A DNA stretch of 62,387 nt, the filler included, from Sluysia triapertura (lineage: Eukaryota), in NCBI GenBank assembly GCA_046118255.1. It is 5 parts of 5 records of this genome, joined end to end, with 100 filler letters (N's around TTAATTAATTAA, not from the genome) between each part and the next. Parts side by side here need not be neighbours in the genome. Positions count along the whole stretch, not along the records: positions 14,409 to 27,590 come from JBJNIA010054216.1; positions 27,691 to 40,264 come from JBJNIA010097440.1; 3 more parts are not named here. One strand, written 5' to 3'. Shown here piece by piece: positions 26,722-39,943 of the stretch (the stretch's first letter is position 1; the number at the start of each line of letters is the position of its first letter). The position numbers were made by a program, and so were the translations under genes. Below the pieces are notes generated by a model. It saw nothing but the letters and a program-made list of their open reading frames with translations, did no database searches and was not told where the DNA came from.

Positions 26722-27590
26722 CAGGCATCCCGCGGTACACACTTTGCTACTTTTTAACACGCTTTCGATATGACACGATTTTAAGTTCTTAAGATGTCAA
26801 AACTGAATTTCTAATTGTATTAAATTAATGTCTGCATAAAAAAGCATATATTTATTCTGAAAGTGATATTCCATTATTTATAAATGAAATTGTTAAGGCA
26901 TTTTTACTTTTTTAAAAATAAATAGTAAAATGTGAAAAAAACTAATAAATTATATTATCTTCATTTAGACTATTAAATTAATAAAATATAGACTCTTGAT
27001 TTGTAAAAAAAATTGTGTTGTTAATTTTGTTTTAAATTTAATATTGACTCCTACATTTAATGCCTGAGAAGAACAAGGAAAAGAAATTTAAACGAAAAGT
27101 TATTACAGTTGAACAAAAGATTGAAATTCTAGATCTTCGAAAAAGCGGATGCATGACATCAAATATTACAAATTCATTAAATTTAAATGAAGCTACAGTT
27201 CGAACTATTCTAAAAAATGAAATACAAATTGGAAACAGTGTAGGTGCACAGCACGTATCACGTAAACGGGACATAAATATCTAAAAAATGGAACATGCTC
27301 TTATAATATAGATTAATGATTGCATAGATAAAAGAATCCCTTTGAGAACGCTTATAATTAAACAAAAAGCTCTCAGAATTTCCGAAAATTTTAAAAGACA
27401 ACTTTTTCTAAAGAACATTAAAATTCATCCTTTTTGGCAATCTAAGAGTGGTTTGAAAATTTAGAAAAAGATTTTCATTACGAAATATAAAATTTCAAGG
27501 AGAACAAGTCTCGGAAAATGCATAATATGTATAATATCAAAAATCATTGAAGAGTGAGAATATTCAACAGATCAAATTTTTAACGCTGAT
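26722..27590 (+). mobile_element. Tigger-like element 5' part, truncated by the gap
   Basis: TA-CAGGCATCCCG terminus; KRKVITVEQKIEIL…LNEATVRTILKN HTH; broken CENP-B domain ending YSTDQIFNAD. Confidence 0.85.
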
Positions 27591-27690
27591 NNNNNNNNNN
27601 NNNNNNNNNNNNNNNNNNNNNNNNNNNNNNNNNNTTAATTAATTAANNNNNNNNNNNNNNNNNNNNNNNNNNNNNNNNNNNNNNNNNNNN
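27591..27690. other. Scaffold gap with TTAATTAATTAA linker (same at 14309-14408, 40265-40364, 51240-51339; plain 100 N at 38539-38638)
   Basis: 44N+12+44N = 100 nt; the linker has stops in all six frames. Confidence 0.95.
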
Positions 27691-28225
27691 AAATTTGTCA
27701 ATTATATTTATAATGGAATAAAACCTTACTTAAATCATTTTCAATTTAAAATTACAAATCTTGCTGTTACTGATATCAAGTAATTTATTATTTCATATTG
27801 TATTGTATAAAGTGTTTCATTTTTATAATTCAAAAACTATTAAATTGTTATTTAAAATTAACGTATTACATTCATCTATCACTTTGTATTTATAACATAT
27901 TTTGCATTATATAAAAGCTTAGTAAACGACAAATCTAGAAATTATTCGGATCCTTTCAAGGATCTACAAGAAATAAGAATTCTAAATTCTAAATTATTAT
28001 GAATTTTCTCTGAAATAAATAATAATACATTTAGAACTACAGGTATTGCATCTATTATTATTGAACTAGCTGCCACATTTTATCGTCCACAAAATACTGT
28101 AGAAGTTTTAGTTATAAATTCATTTACAAATGGATTCCGAGATTCTCAAATATCAAGCGGTAAATACAATTTTATTTAATATAAATTAATTTATTTTTTA
28201 GTACATGTACAATTACGAGAAACAG
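27691..28225 (+). CDS. Tandem SEA-domain protein, repeat 1 (exons <27691-27779, 28035-28159, 28202-28225)
   Basis: KFVNYIYNGIKPYL…/TTGIASIIIELAAT…/VHVQLRET with consistent splice phases; 5' end lost in the gap. Confidence 0.7.
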
Positions 28226-29716
28226 GTATTATTATTATATTTATTATTAAATTATTATTATATTGATTATTATTATTTCTACTTTCGATGTTATTAGATT
28301 TTCTCAAATATTTGCAAACCAATATCATTGAAAATTATTATAAAACACAAACTTCGACCTATGACATAACTCATAGAATAGATATTTGTGCTGTATTATA
28401 AAATTAATTAGTTACTAAATTAAATATTTTAATATTTATTAAAATATATTAGCATTAATGTTTATAAATTTACAAAATATCAAACAATTAAAATATCAAA
28501 TAATTAAATTATTTTGCTTTTTGTTCTTTGTGACAAGATGTATCTTTAAATATCGTACATCCATAAATATTTCTGTGATAACTTACGTAATTTAATTTTA
28601 ATTATATAATTCGGATAAGCGTATCCTAAGGGTTCCTCATATTTTCATATCCATCGAAGTCTTAAAGGAGCTAAATCTTACCTTCATCAAAAGATCCTTT
28701 AAAACACATAAATACAGTTACAATTTTAACATAGAATTCCGAATTCAAAAGTTATTCTCGCAAACGTAATTTCTCTTCATTAAGCTAATCAAGATTTTAA
28801 TTAATTATTTTAACTTAATTTTATTTAATGTTTAAAGGTTTACTGTGATTATAAGGTAATCAGAGATTCTAGATGTTTTTACCTTCATCACGCTGATTCC
28901 TTTTTCACTTTTTAATGCTAATTATTATTGCATCAAATGTATCTTTAATACCATTAACCGTGATTTTATTTCTTGAACATTTTAACGGTTCCTAACATTT
29001 TACAAGGTTACTCGAATATCTTCAAAGGTTCCAAAAGATCAACAAGGTCTCAAATGATCCTAAGAAGTTCAAAGGTATCTTCATACTTCAAGACATCTTT
29101 CCAAACCATTCTTAAGCCTTCAAAGGGTATCAATACCCTACAAAAGTCTTTGAAACTCCAAGACATTTCAAATATTTTCTTCATCATTCTTACTCAAGCA
29201 AATCTTCACATATTTTTCTATCCCTTTTTATTACGTATTTTAAATTCTCTAACCTTTTATCTTATTTTCTACTCACTAACTCGGCAATCCAAAAGCCAGG
29301 ATTTCTCACCAAGATTCATATATTGTGGAAGTCCTCGAAATCATATATTCTTAAAGAAACTATACCTTTATCACTGTACATTATAAATGTATTTTATTAC
29401 TTCTCTTCTCAGTGCAGAGAAACATTTATCTTTCCATTCGCCATATCCAGTTATAAGTTCTACCAAGATCATTGCAAAGCTTTAATAAGCTAATTCATGA
29501 ACAATTGTTGTGTAATATTGAAGCAATAAAACTTATAAAAATATAAAATTAATTAAATAAAATTTATATCAAATATAAGTATTTATTGGATGTATGAAGC
29601 GACTGATCAAAATTCTGAGAATTATGATATTATTAATATTACTACTCCAGAGAAATTTATTAAACTTTTTTAAGATTAATCTAAAAAGTTAAGTTATTAA
29701 TACAATTGTATTAATA

Positions 29717-29740
29717 TTAACTCGTTTTCCGCCAATGTCC
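29717..29740 (+). mobile_element. piggyBac-like left terminus (TTAA-CTCGTTTTCCGCCA)
   Basis: TTAA followed by a TIR-like sequence; inverted counterpart at 33285-33305. Confidence 0.45.
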
Positions 29741-30525
29741 TAATGTTGGAACACATGTTCACCTTCTAAATAAAATAGGGCCGTTAAAATAATGATATCA
29801 TATCACATACTCCATGAAAGTAATATAAACCAAAATCAACTGACAAAAATAGTTGTAGTTGGCTAGTATGAATATCTTTATGCAGTTGAGTTTAATTTTT
29901 TGTAGTTTTGAATAAATAAAAAAAAATAATTATTTATTTTTATCTTGCATTACTAAAAGAAAAATAAAGGAATTAAATCAAATACAAGAACAAAAAGTAT
30001 TTCAATGGATAAAATAATTTCTTTATCATCGGTTTATGATGAAATATTAGAAAAGGAAGAATTTTCTGCTGTTAATATTTTAAACAATGACATTGTAGAT
30101 TTTGATCGAAGGTTTCTAAATATATTTAGATATATAGAGTAAGCAATAATGTTAGCTTTCATAAAATGGACTGAAGCCAGGACCTCCTCGATTTAGTTCG
30201 ATGCTCTTACCAGTCTAATAATTTCGTTTTATTATAGTTTCGAATACTATCATTATTCTATGACACCTTGAGGCCTGTAATCCAAGAATGACAAAGCTGG
30301 ATTTTATTTATTCATGTATTTTTTAATTTTATATTTTTTTTATCATAATATTTTTGTGTTAAATATAAATCAAATCCGTGCATTCCACATTCGCCTTCTG
30401 TTTTAAAATTACTAAAGATATATTTTTACTTTATTAAGATCTTTTAATAATTTTATATTATATTTTTAAATTTAATTCTCACAATAGTAATAAAGAATGA
30501 ACATTTTTTCACTTAAACATTTCAG

Positions 30526-32664
30526 AAAGGTATCAGTCAACGACTGAAGTTCAAATGAAAATTAATGAAGAATACGATCCTGATTATGGTAATAAAAATT
30601 CATTCAAATTTAAACAGTTCGAAGCGAAAATGAAAAATAATTTTTTTGAAAAATTTTTAAAAATCTTTTTACGATTGTTATCACTTTCGATACATTCATT
30701 AACGTTAGTTCAGTTTATACTATAATTATATTTATAATCATACTAGTAGTAATAAAAGTACGGCTAATACTATCAATTTAAATATTAATATAATACGTTA
30801 ACTAAAATAAAACTAAGAAATTGTTTTGGGATAAAACTTATAATTAATGTCAATGTTAGCAAAGTCTTAATATTATAATTTATGAAAAATTAGTTTGAAT
30901 AAAGAAATATTCACGTGGTGATTCAATACGTCCTTACACCATCATAAACATAATAATAAATCTATTAAACAATAAATTTACATTTAATTATTCATCATTT
31001 TACCTTCTCTTTTACATGTTTATTCAAATGCTATTATGTATACGGTAAATAATTTATACCTAATGCTCTTAAAGTAGTAAAAGTATTGTGCTATGATAAA
31101 TTAATTAAACCGAATCCTTCGACAGATAAATAACTTCCATTTCATATAAATGCTATTAAAGTTTATAAAGTTTCTGAAACTGAATTCGATAAAGATAATT
31201 CTTCAGAATATTTAAAAACATCATACATCGAACATTCATTCACGAATTTACTATAACAACAGTTGCTTATTTTAAAATATGATTATTGAATGAATTTAGG
31301 TAGAAATCAGTGAAATTTGGCAGTTTTGGATCAAGAATTATGTCATTAAATGGTCAAAACTTAAAAAAATATTATTACTATTATTCGTCATTGCGTAAAT
31401 ATTTTATGTCATTTATATGCTGTCAAAGTATAAGTTATTCATCTTCTATATTCGATATAATGAATCTTAATGTCGCTTTTCGTGGAATCTTTAATAAGAA
31501 TTTTTATTAGATAGTAATTATGTAGTAGTTGAAAATACATTGATTTTATTCAAAAAGAAGTATCTGTTCATAAAACATATTTTGAATTGTTTATTATTGT
31601 CAGACGAAATTACAGATTTTTTCCGATGAAGAAAAACGTCTTAGAAACTTATTACAACTAATTATTCCATTTAGTTTCTGTTTATAATAGTGATGAAGTT
31701 CGACGTAAGGTTATTATTAATTTCATTCTGAATGATTTAGTCATACAAAATTTTTATTATACTGCTTTAGTCTGTCTTAAGTCTTTAAATGCTATTATAA
31801 TTTGAATTTATTTATTAATAAAAATAAGAATTCCTTTAGTTTTCTAATGAACATTATTAATTCTATTTCTAAACTCCTTAATTCTATCTCTATTTCTTAA
31901 TCACTAATTATAACTTAATATATTTAAATAGAATTATTAAAATTGGAGATCAATACGAAAAAAAATAATTTTTTGTAAAAAAACGTCAAAATATGAAAAT
32001 AAAATGACCAAAAGCGACGAAATAGATTAAATATGGTGTTAAAAATATGTAAACAATTTCTTTCAATGACATAAATATGAAACTTTAATGAATACTTTAT
32101 TATGATTTGGTGGAAGAAGTGGAAGAAATGAAACTAAAAACGATTCCTACTTATATTTTTCTTTTTATGTTGCGTTCATGATTTAAGCAAAGATCTGTGT
32201 TATGAATATATTTTTAATTAGAATTTAAAAGTAATAAAACAAAAACGAAGATAGAAAAACTTATTAAAGAATCGAGTTCACCGGATTAGTCAAATACTAT
32301 GAAAATAAAATAAAATAAAATCGAATTGAAAATAGATTAATATATTGTTTTATTTTTGAGTAATTATTTCAAATTGATTTGTGTAATAAATAGACATCTT
32401 AATCACAAAAACAATAATGATAATAATAATTATAATAATAATAACAATAATGATAATAATAATAATTATAGACAAGGTAGTGTCAATGTTAACATGACCA
32501 TGACGCTGGCATCAAATGATTCTACTTCTTCAAATAATGTAGTTTCTCAAATACAAACAGTTGCTGGGCAAACATATAATGTTTCATCATTTGCAGGTAT
32601 GATAGATAATATTTGTTTATGTATATTTAAATTTTAGGTACAGTAACGAATACAGCGGTACTCC
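30526..32664 (+). CDS. Tandem SEA-domain protein, repeat 2 (exons 30526-30703, 32472-32596, 32638-32664)
   Basis: MKINEEYDPDYGNKNSFKFKQFEAKMKN…LSIHSLT/QGSVNVNMTM is a typical SEA pattern with the GSV autoproteolysis motif. Confidence 0.85.
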
Positions 32665-33284
32665 GTTAGTTTATTTTCTTATTGTAATACTAAAATAATA
32701 TTTTAACTAACCATATCATCAGTGAATCAATAGAAATAGAATGTTCAACTGAATTGTTTTGATATAATGCGTACATTTGGCAAAGTTTATTATGGATTTA
32801 TCAAAATTGAAATAAATATATAAATAAACAAAATGAGTTTCAAAATAACAGGCACAATAGTAGTACATTGTTCAAATTATTATTCAATTATTATTCCATT
32901 CGTATTTCTGCAAGTTTCTCAGGCCTAAGCAGGTCATGTTTTGGAGGACAATGCTTTGCATAAACGTTTCTGCTTTTAAAGTGTGTACACAAAATTATTT
33001 TAATAATATAACACCATTTTGTGAGAAAAATATTTGAATCAAATAAAAATAAGTGAAAATATTATTAAGTCTAAAGTTATAAGATGGCAGATTGCTTTAG
33101 AACTATATTACACTATGGTAGAGAATACTAAATTTTCCAATGTGTATATTTTATGCTATTTTATTGAAAATTTATGAAAAATTATATATATTTTATTAAT
33201 TAACACTAACGCAAGTGGCGCCGGCTTTTCTCACATATATTTCATATAATCTTTCAAATAAATTTATGTTCTCAAAAATGCTCT

Positions 33285-33305
33285 TACTGGCGGTTAAAGA
33301 GTTAA
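33285..33305 (-). mobile_element. piggyBac-like right terminus (TGGCGGTTAAAGAG-TTAA)
   Basis: 12/17 identity in inverted orientation to 29721-29737, plus TTAA. Confidence 0.45.
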
Positions 33306-33779
33306 TATTATGCTATTAGTTTATTGAACATTGAATTGATTAATGAACTTGGATGGTAACGATATATATATTAATTTGTATTATTATTTTATATTTCACA
33401 CTTTCTTCATATATGACCAATTTGTTACCTTTTACAATTCGACATTATGACAAAATAATATTCATCAATTTTAAATTTCTGAAATATTTTCAAAAATTTG
33501 ATACTTTATTGGTATTTTTTCGGTAAAATTAAAATGTTAAGTTATATTTCATCAAGTTTCATTGCATTATCTCGAAAATTTATTAATTTTCTATTACTGT
33601 TGAATGTTCTTTTGAATGATATCCAAGATGGAGAAATAATAAGTTTTAATCATTTTGAAACATGATTTCCCACATAAAAACTGTATAATGCACGAAGATC
33701 TACTAAAACCACTTTAATGACACATGATGTATTGAATTAAGAAAATACAAGTAGTTAATATTTTCTTTAATTAATGAGT

Positions 33780-33960
33780 ATGAAGTTTCATCTGACCACC
33801 GTTCCTTCCGACTTTATGGAAGGTCGATGAAGTTGAAGTGTGTCGAGAATTTTTTTAGATTCAAGGCCGAAGGAGTATGCAGATTGTTTGAAGAATAGTT
33901 ATGAGCTATCTTGTAGATATAAGTTTATGTTTGTTTCGCTCGGCATAAACGTGTTAGCAA
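33780..33960 (-). mobile_element. Tc1-like transposase fragment
   Basis: RWSDETS motif (first catalytic D) in a locally GC-richer patch. Confidence 0.35.
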
Positions 33961-34140
33961 GGCACACCAATTTTTCGCCCAACATAGTAGTAACATTGAA
34001 AATGACTTAAACTTATTCTCGAGTTTAAAAAGAACCGAAATGCAAAACTATTTATTAAAAGAAGCATGTATAATTAAACATATTCATTTTATTCATAATT
34101 AGTGTTGGTATAAATATTTAAATATTGTTGAATAATTTAG

Positions 34141-34846
34141 CTGAGGTTGTTGTACCAGCAACTTTACCAAAAGCAACTGTAGAAGAACGATATAGAATCA
34201 CTGCAACAATTAGTGCTACATTTCCAAATTATCCATATACGACAAATTTGACTCAGCCATATTCCCAAGATTATATCAAATTCATGAATTATTTCATAAA
34301 TAATGCATTACCAAAATTGGGAAATGCCAATTTGAAAATGTTTCAATTCAGAATAAAACAGTTTCAGTGAGTATTTTAAAAATAATTATAAAATTAATTA
34401 AAATTTAGAAATAATACTGACAATAAAGTACAAGCTTTAATTGAAATACAATTATCATCAAAATATCAAAATTCTGATGAAAATGCTAAAAGTCTTATTA
34501 TGAATTCATTGAGTAATAGTTTTGGAGGAAATATTACAAATACTATAAGTAAAACTAATTTTTAATTAATTATTTTAATTTTATTTTTTAGTCACTATTA
34601 CTGAAAATTATAAGACAGGTTAGAGTTTTTAATTGAAAAGTAATATTATAATAAATTCAATATTACAGAATCACATCAAGCTAGTTGCAAATTAAATGTA
34701 TGGTTAAAAAATGAAACTTACTATTCGGATTATATGAATACATATACTGGAAGATTTCAGAATTTCGCTATTTCAATGTATGAAAATTTAAAAACGAAAT
34801 TATCAACTTCAGTTACACTGATCGAATTTCAACTAAATACAATATC
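34141..34846 (+). CDS. Tandem SEA-domain protein, repeats 3-4 (exons 34141-34366, 34409-34548, 34592-34618, 34669-34846)
   Basis: YPYTTNLTQPYSQDYIKF and ETYYSDYMNTYTGRFQNF are SEA N-halves; 42-50 nt GT-AG introns, all phases consistent. Confidence 0.85.
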
Positions 34847-37167
34847 GTAAGTTTTACTTATTTTAATTCAAATTCATCTTTATTTTACTGACCAATTTTT
34901 CTAATTTTCTAACAATCTAATGCAATGTTTATATTAAAGTAAGCTTTATCATATTCTTTGCTTCAGATCCCACATTCCATCCATTTTTATAGTGGATTTA
35001 GCAATTTTTTTATCTTGATATTGTATTATTTACAGAAAATTTTAAATGCATTTTTCGCATTTGTTGGCTAAATCTGATTATTATGTGAACACTGATTGAC
35101 AGTTATTGTTAACGTACAACTAATTAAATGCCAATGTTTTGTTTAATAACAAATTACAAGTATATCGACTCTAATTCTTGAGCAAATGAAATTAATCTTG
35201 AATCTATTTATAGAGTTTATTATAAGTTTAATCTTATTTGTATCTCTAAATATCAATTTAATTTAAAAAACCAATGTTGGAAAAACATTTTTCGAATATC
35301 ATTACGATACTTTATGATACTACTTCCTTTATTATTATCATTATGATAACCTATTACTTTAGGTAACATTTTAGTGTTAATTTTTTTAATTTTTGTACAG
35401 TTTAACTTAAACCTCAGAAAGGTTAGTTGCATTTGTTAGTGGTGCTAATGTTACTTTGTACACTGTCTTAATATAACATATCTTGTGCAGCTCATTTTTT
35501 GCCTCTAGTATAAAAAATGGAAGTCCATTTTAGTAGTTAACTATTCAAAAAATAATTTTCTGATGTTTTATGTTTACCCTTATTATGTTTTACTGAAACA
35601 TTTAATTTCATTTATATTGTTGGTTTAAGTTAGCTTGTATTTGTATTCATCTTTTCAATCATAATCTTTTGGAGTTTCTAATTACATTTTAAATTTTCAG
35701 TTCCATTTTTATTTTTGGATTTTAAGAAATCCTAAGATGCTTATTTTGATGTTACTAATTTTATTCTCAAATTGCTTATTTCAGTTTTGATTTAGTTAAA
35801 ATTATTTTATTATAAAACGTTGGCGCAAAATGGTTAAATGAATAAGTTTGATATAAGAATTTCCAAATTTAATAACGTTTTTTTAATATTACAGTAAAAT
35901 GCAATTGTTCTTGTTTTATTTACATCAAAATAGTAATTGTGGATCAATCTACATTGTGTGATTTATAACTTACAATGTTTTACTTATATTTGCTAATTGT
36001 AAATAGAACATTTAAATGTTTAGAGTATTCGACATATTTAACTTAAATTAACAATGATGTTACGTGGATTTTAGATGGAGCTAACTCAAGAAAACTTATC
36101 AATAATTAAATTAACGTAAGCTAAGTTAAGTTCAAGATCGAGAAATTTCGACATTTGAATAATAAGTGGAAATAATTTGAAATTATTTTGTAAATTAATA
36201 AAAATACAAATAAAATTTGTGTACAAATTATTTAACTATTATTGTGCTACTTATTTATACTTAGTTAAATATTTCTTGTCCAAATTATTGTGTCACAAGA
36301 AGAATTTATTTCAGATTTTATATATCAAAATCGCTTTGTGTAGACGAGGCATCATTTGATCATACCATTTTAAAAATATTACTATTATTTATTATTATTA
36401 TTATTCGTTATTATTGTATTGCTGGGTGTTTTTCTTAATCTAAAAACCTAACCTACAGCCAAATAATTAATTATTCTGAGTCCGTTTACAGTATACGACT
36501 TACTAATGGCGTAGCTGTAAAAGTACGTGAAAACAATTATCAAAATTAATCGAACAAAATATTCTTTGCCTTAACTTAACAATAATGGGCAAAATCGTCG
36601 TTTATGTCAATTAACAATAAATAACTCAAAAACTAATTAAGACCAACGCTAACTTAGGAATTGTATAAAATTAAAGTGAATAATATTTGTATGAAATGTA
36701 TCTTTCTTTATCTCTTTATATTTTAATTTAATGACCGTTAGGGCTTTTGGTTTGTCTCCTAAATTCAATGAAACACAATTTGTGTATGTCCTTACATAGA
36801 TATAAAGACATTTTATAAATTTTATTTAATTAAACAAACTTTGTCGAGAAGTTTCTTTTTAGGAAAATAAGAAATATGAAAGTGCATGTATCTATGAATC
36901 TCTCAAAATGACCATTTCAAATTTAGTGAAAATCAATTGCACAAAAGAGCATTTATTCAATAAATAACTTAAATTGCCTTCTTTTGGCTCTCTTGAACTT
37001 GGCAATACTCAAGCGTATATTATTTAGTTTTCTCATGACTTCCCTACTATGTGTTCCTCATTATTGAACAAATGAAGGTAACCTTCATGTAGTTCGTTTT
37101 CAATAATTTTCCGGTTACCATTTCTATATTATTTACAATTTAATTGAATGCAATCTACAACCACATT

Positions 37168-38765
37168 AGTGAACCCTCATTAAATCGAACTTGAATAATC
37201 CGAAAAATTTATTTATTTCGTCAATTTTCGAACGTATCGAGACAAATTTGATTCATTAATCCGAAACTTCATGATTCCCTACCCGAGAGCTTTTTGTGAA
37301 TAAAATTTATAATAATTTTTAAAAGTTTCGGATTAATGTTTAAATATTAAGCTTGTTTACAATTTTAATTTAAATTAAATAGCAAGCTCTAGTCAAAAAA
37401 TAACCGAATAACTGATTTTAATACATTGTACCCTCATTAATCCGAAAAATTAGAAATCGATTTCCTTTCAGATTGTGAATTAATTCGGATAATGAAGGAA
37501 TTCAAAATCTATATGATTGCCAGATTAATGATGAAATTATTATAAAAAGACATTTATTTAAATCATCTAGAGTATTTGTGGAGTTGTTCTGAATGAATTT
37601 CTGTAAATCATCTTTCACTTTACTGTATCATTGATTATTTTATGAATAGGGCTGTTTGAAGATGATTTGATGAACATTTAAATTGCTTAGACTTATGTTG
37701 TAACTGTCCTCTATCTGACCATCGTCAACAATATATTCTTCTGACACATTCAATGATTTGAATTATGTTTGAATCATAGCCTCTTCAACTATTGTTTGGT
37801 CAAGCCCATTCTTGTGTGTCTCAAGAACAGGACCTGATAACAATTTTCCTTCAGAATAAGATCCGTGAAGACCTGGAATAATCGCAACCCTTTTGAAACA
37901 ATTTATGATGGTTTTTTTCTTTCATGGAGTATCATTATGACTTTCTTAAGATTAAACCAAAGGCTTTTGTTCGATCAAGCGAGTTCATGTAATCAACTAC
38001 TAACTTTTTTTATGTAATAATGCTTTACATTTTTTGTTATACCTGCATCCATTTGTTGAAAATGCGCAACTGAGACTTGGAGTGGTAACAAGAAGTAGAC
38101 AATTTCTTTTTGCATTTTCTCAGTTCACCATCAAGATGCTGCATGAAACAATTAAACAAATCGGTGATCGTGCATGCTTTCGAATTTGCGTGGTACTTAC
38201 AGTATCTTGCAACATTAAATCCTTTGAAAATCTGGGTTTCTTGCCATGTCCAATAACGAAGGGTGTAATATTAATTGATCCACTATCATTGGAACATGAA
38301 GCTATGATTATTCTTACTTTATACCTTGTGATAGTCAAGGTTTTAAGAATTGAAATATGGATAATATCGAAAAATTATTTAAATTAAAAATATTATTTTT
38401 TGAGTAGAGCTGTTTGAAGATGATTTGATGAACATTTAAATTGCTTAGACTTATGTTGTATCTGTCCTCTATCTGACCATCGTCAACAATATATTCTTCT
38501 GACACATTCAATGATTTGAATTATGTTTGAATCATAGCNNNNNNNNNNNNNNNNNNNNNNNNNNNNNNNNNNNNNNNNNNNNNNNNNNNNNNNNNNNNNN
38601 NNNNNNNNNNNNNNNNNNNNNNNNNNNNNNNNNNNNNNAATATTAATTGATCCACTATCATTGGAACATGAAGCTATGATTATTCTTACTTTATACCTTG
38701 TGATAGTCAAGGTTTCAAGAATTGAAATATGGATAATATCGAAAAATTATTTAAATTAAAAATAT
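37168..38765 (-). mobile_element. Decayed Tigger/pogo DDE fragments with terminal/MITE-like repeats
   Basis: KVRIIIASCSNDSGS…PFVIGHGKKPRFSK and TIINCFKR motifs; repeated CCCTCATTAATCCGAA in both orientations at 37168-37503. Confidence 0.75.
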
Positions 38766-38911
38766 TTAATTTACTAAATATTCCAAAAGAAAAACGAAAA
38801 TTAGGCTTATATAACTAAAAAAGTAAATAAAGTCTTTCTTCATCTATTTCAAAAATTCTTAACATAAAACGCATGTCAAAACAATTATAATCAATCAATT
38901 TCAAATTAGAA

Positions 38912-39277
38912 TCAGTAAACCACTTGTAAGGAAACAAGATCGAGTCCCTGGCACAACTGATGCCGAAAAGCCAATCTTTCATCTTTATGATTAATTACTT
39001 GTGGCAGATATTCACTGCATAATGAGAATTTAATATGTACATCATTGTAATACGATGGCCAAATCTCAAAGTCAATCTGACAGTGTTCAATTTCAACTTC
39101 GTCTGAATCAAAACTTGAAACGTTCTCGAATATTTCATAAAGTCTGTTGGATTCGTATTTATTTTCGATACATATTTTGAGACATGATGATGTTAAGTAA
39201 TTGTAGCATTGATTGATCTTCTTTTCGAATTCATCAAAATCAATTGTGAAATTAAATAAATTGAGACCTAGCTTCAT
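38912..39277 (-). CDS. Unknown 121-aa ORF
   Basis: ORF track; protein-like composition; frame extends ~15 codons upstream, possibly frameshifted. Confidence 0.4.
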   Translation of the reverse strand: MKLGLNLFNFTIDFDEFEKKINQCYNYLTSSCLKICIENKYESNRLYEIFENVSSFDSDEVEIEHCQIDFEIWPSYYNDVHIKFSLCSEYLPQVINHKDERLAFRHQLCQGLDLVSLQVVY

Positions 39278-39943
39278 GAAAACCAGAGTCTCATGAACTT
39301 GTTTTGAAGAATGAACTTGTGAGACTCAAGAATGGTAGTGTAGACTGCACTAGGGAAAGAGGCATTAGGTTATAAAATTCAAATTGTCGATATTTCATTT
39401 AATTCAAAAACTTTTTAAAGTACTTTTCAATATTTAAACAAAAATTTGTGAATTGTAATTTTTCCTTATAATTAGAAATTAATAAAAATAATAAAATATT
39501 AAAATTATTGCGCAAAATGACAATAATGATGATGCATTTATTTTTGTTACCTTTCATTTGATTATCTTTTCTTTCTTTATCATTTTATAATCAATTTTAC
39601 TTCGGGTGCATCACTTTGCGGCCTAACATCTACACATTGCTTTTCCATAAACTCTTCTTCTTCCTCCTTATCATTGTCTCTTATATTTATCTCCTTATGA
39701 AATTTAATTAGAGACATCATAATAAATTAAACGTGTGTTGGTTTCATAATCTTCACAAAATAAAAATCTCTCCTTCTTTTTTTATATATATATTTATATA
39801 TTTTTTACAATTATTGTAAATTCATGCAAAGAAACGTACATATAATAATATTTTAAAAAGAAATTTTAATGATATTAATTTTAACAATGGCAAATAAAAA
39901 AGCGAAAACAACAAAATAATAATAATAAAATTCTATTTTATTT

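Noticed and set aside
28973-29386. 137-aa plus-strand ORF
   Set aside because: TTG start, biased composition, no motif or fitting splice sites; probably repeat-derived.
38034-38387. 117-aa plus-strand ORF (also 25058-25333, 27038-27274, 43477-43758, 18497-18730)
   Set aside because: Antisense shadows of transposase fragments or real exons.
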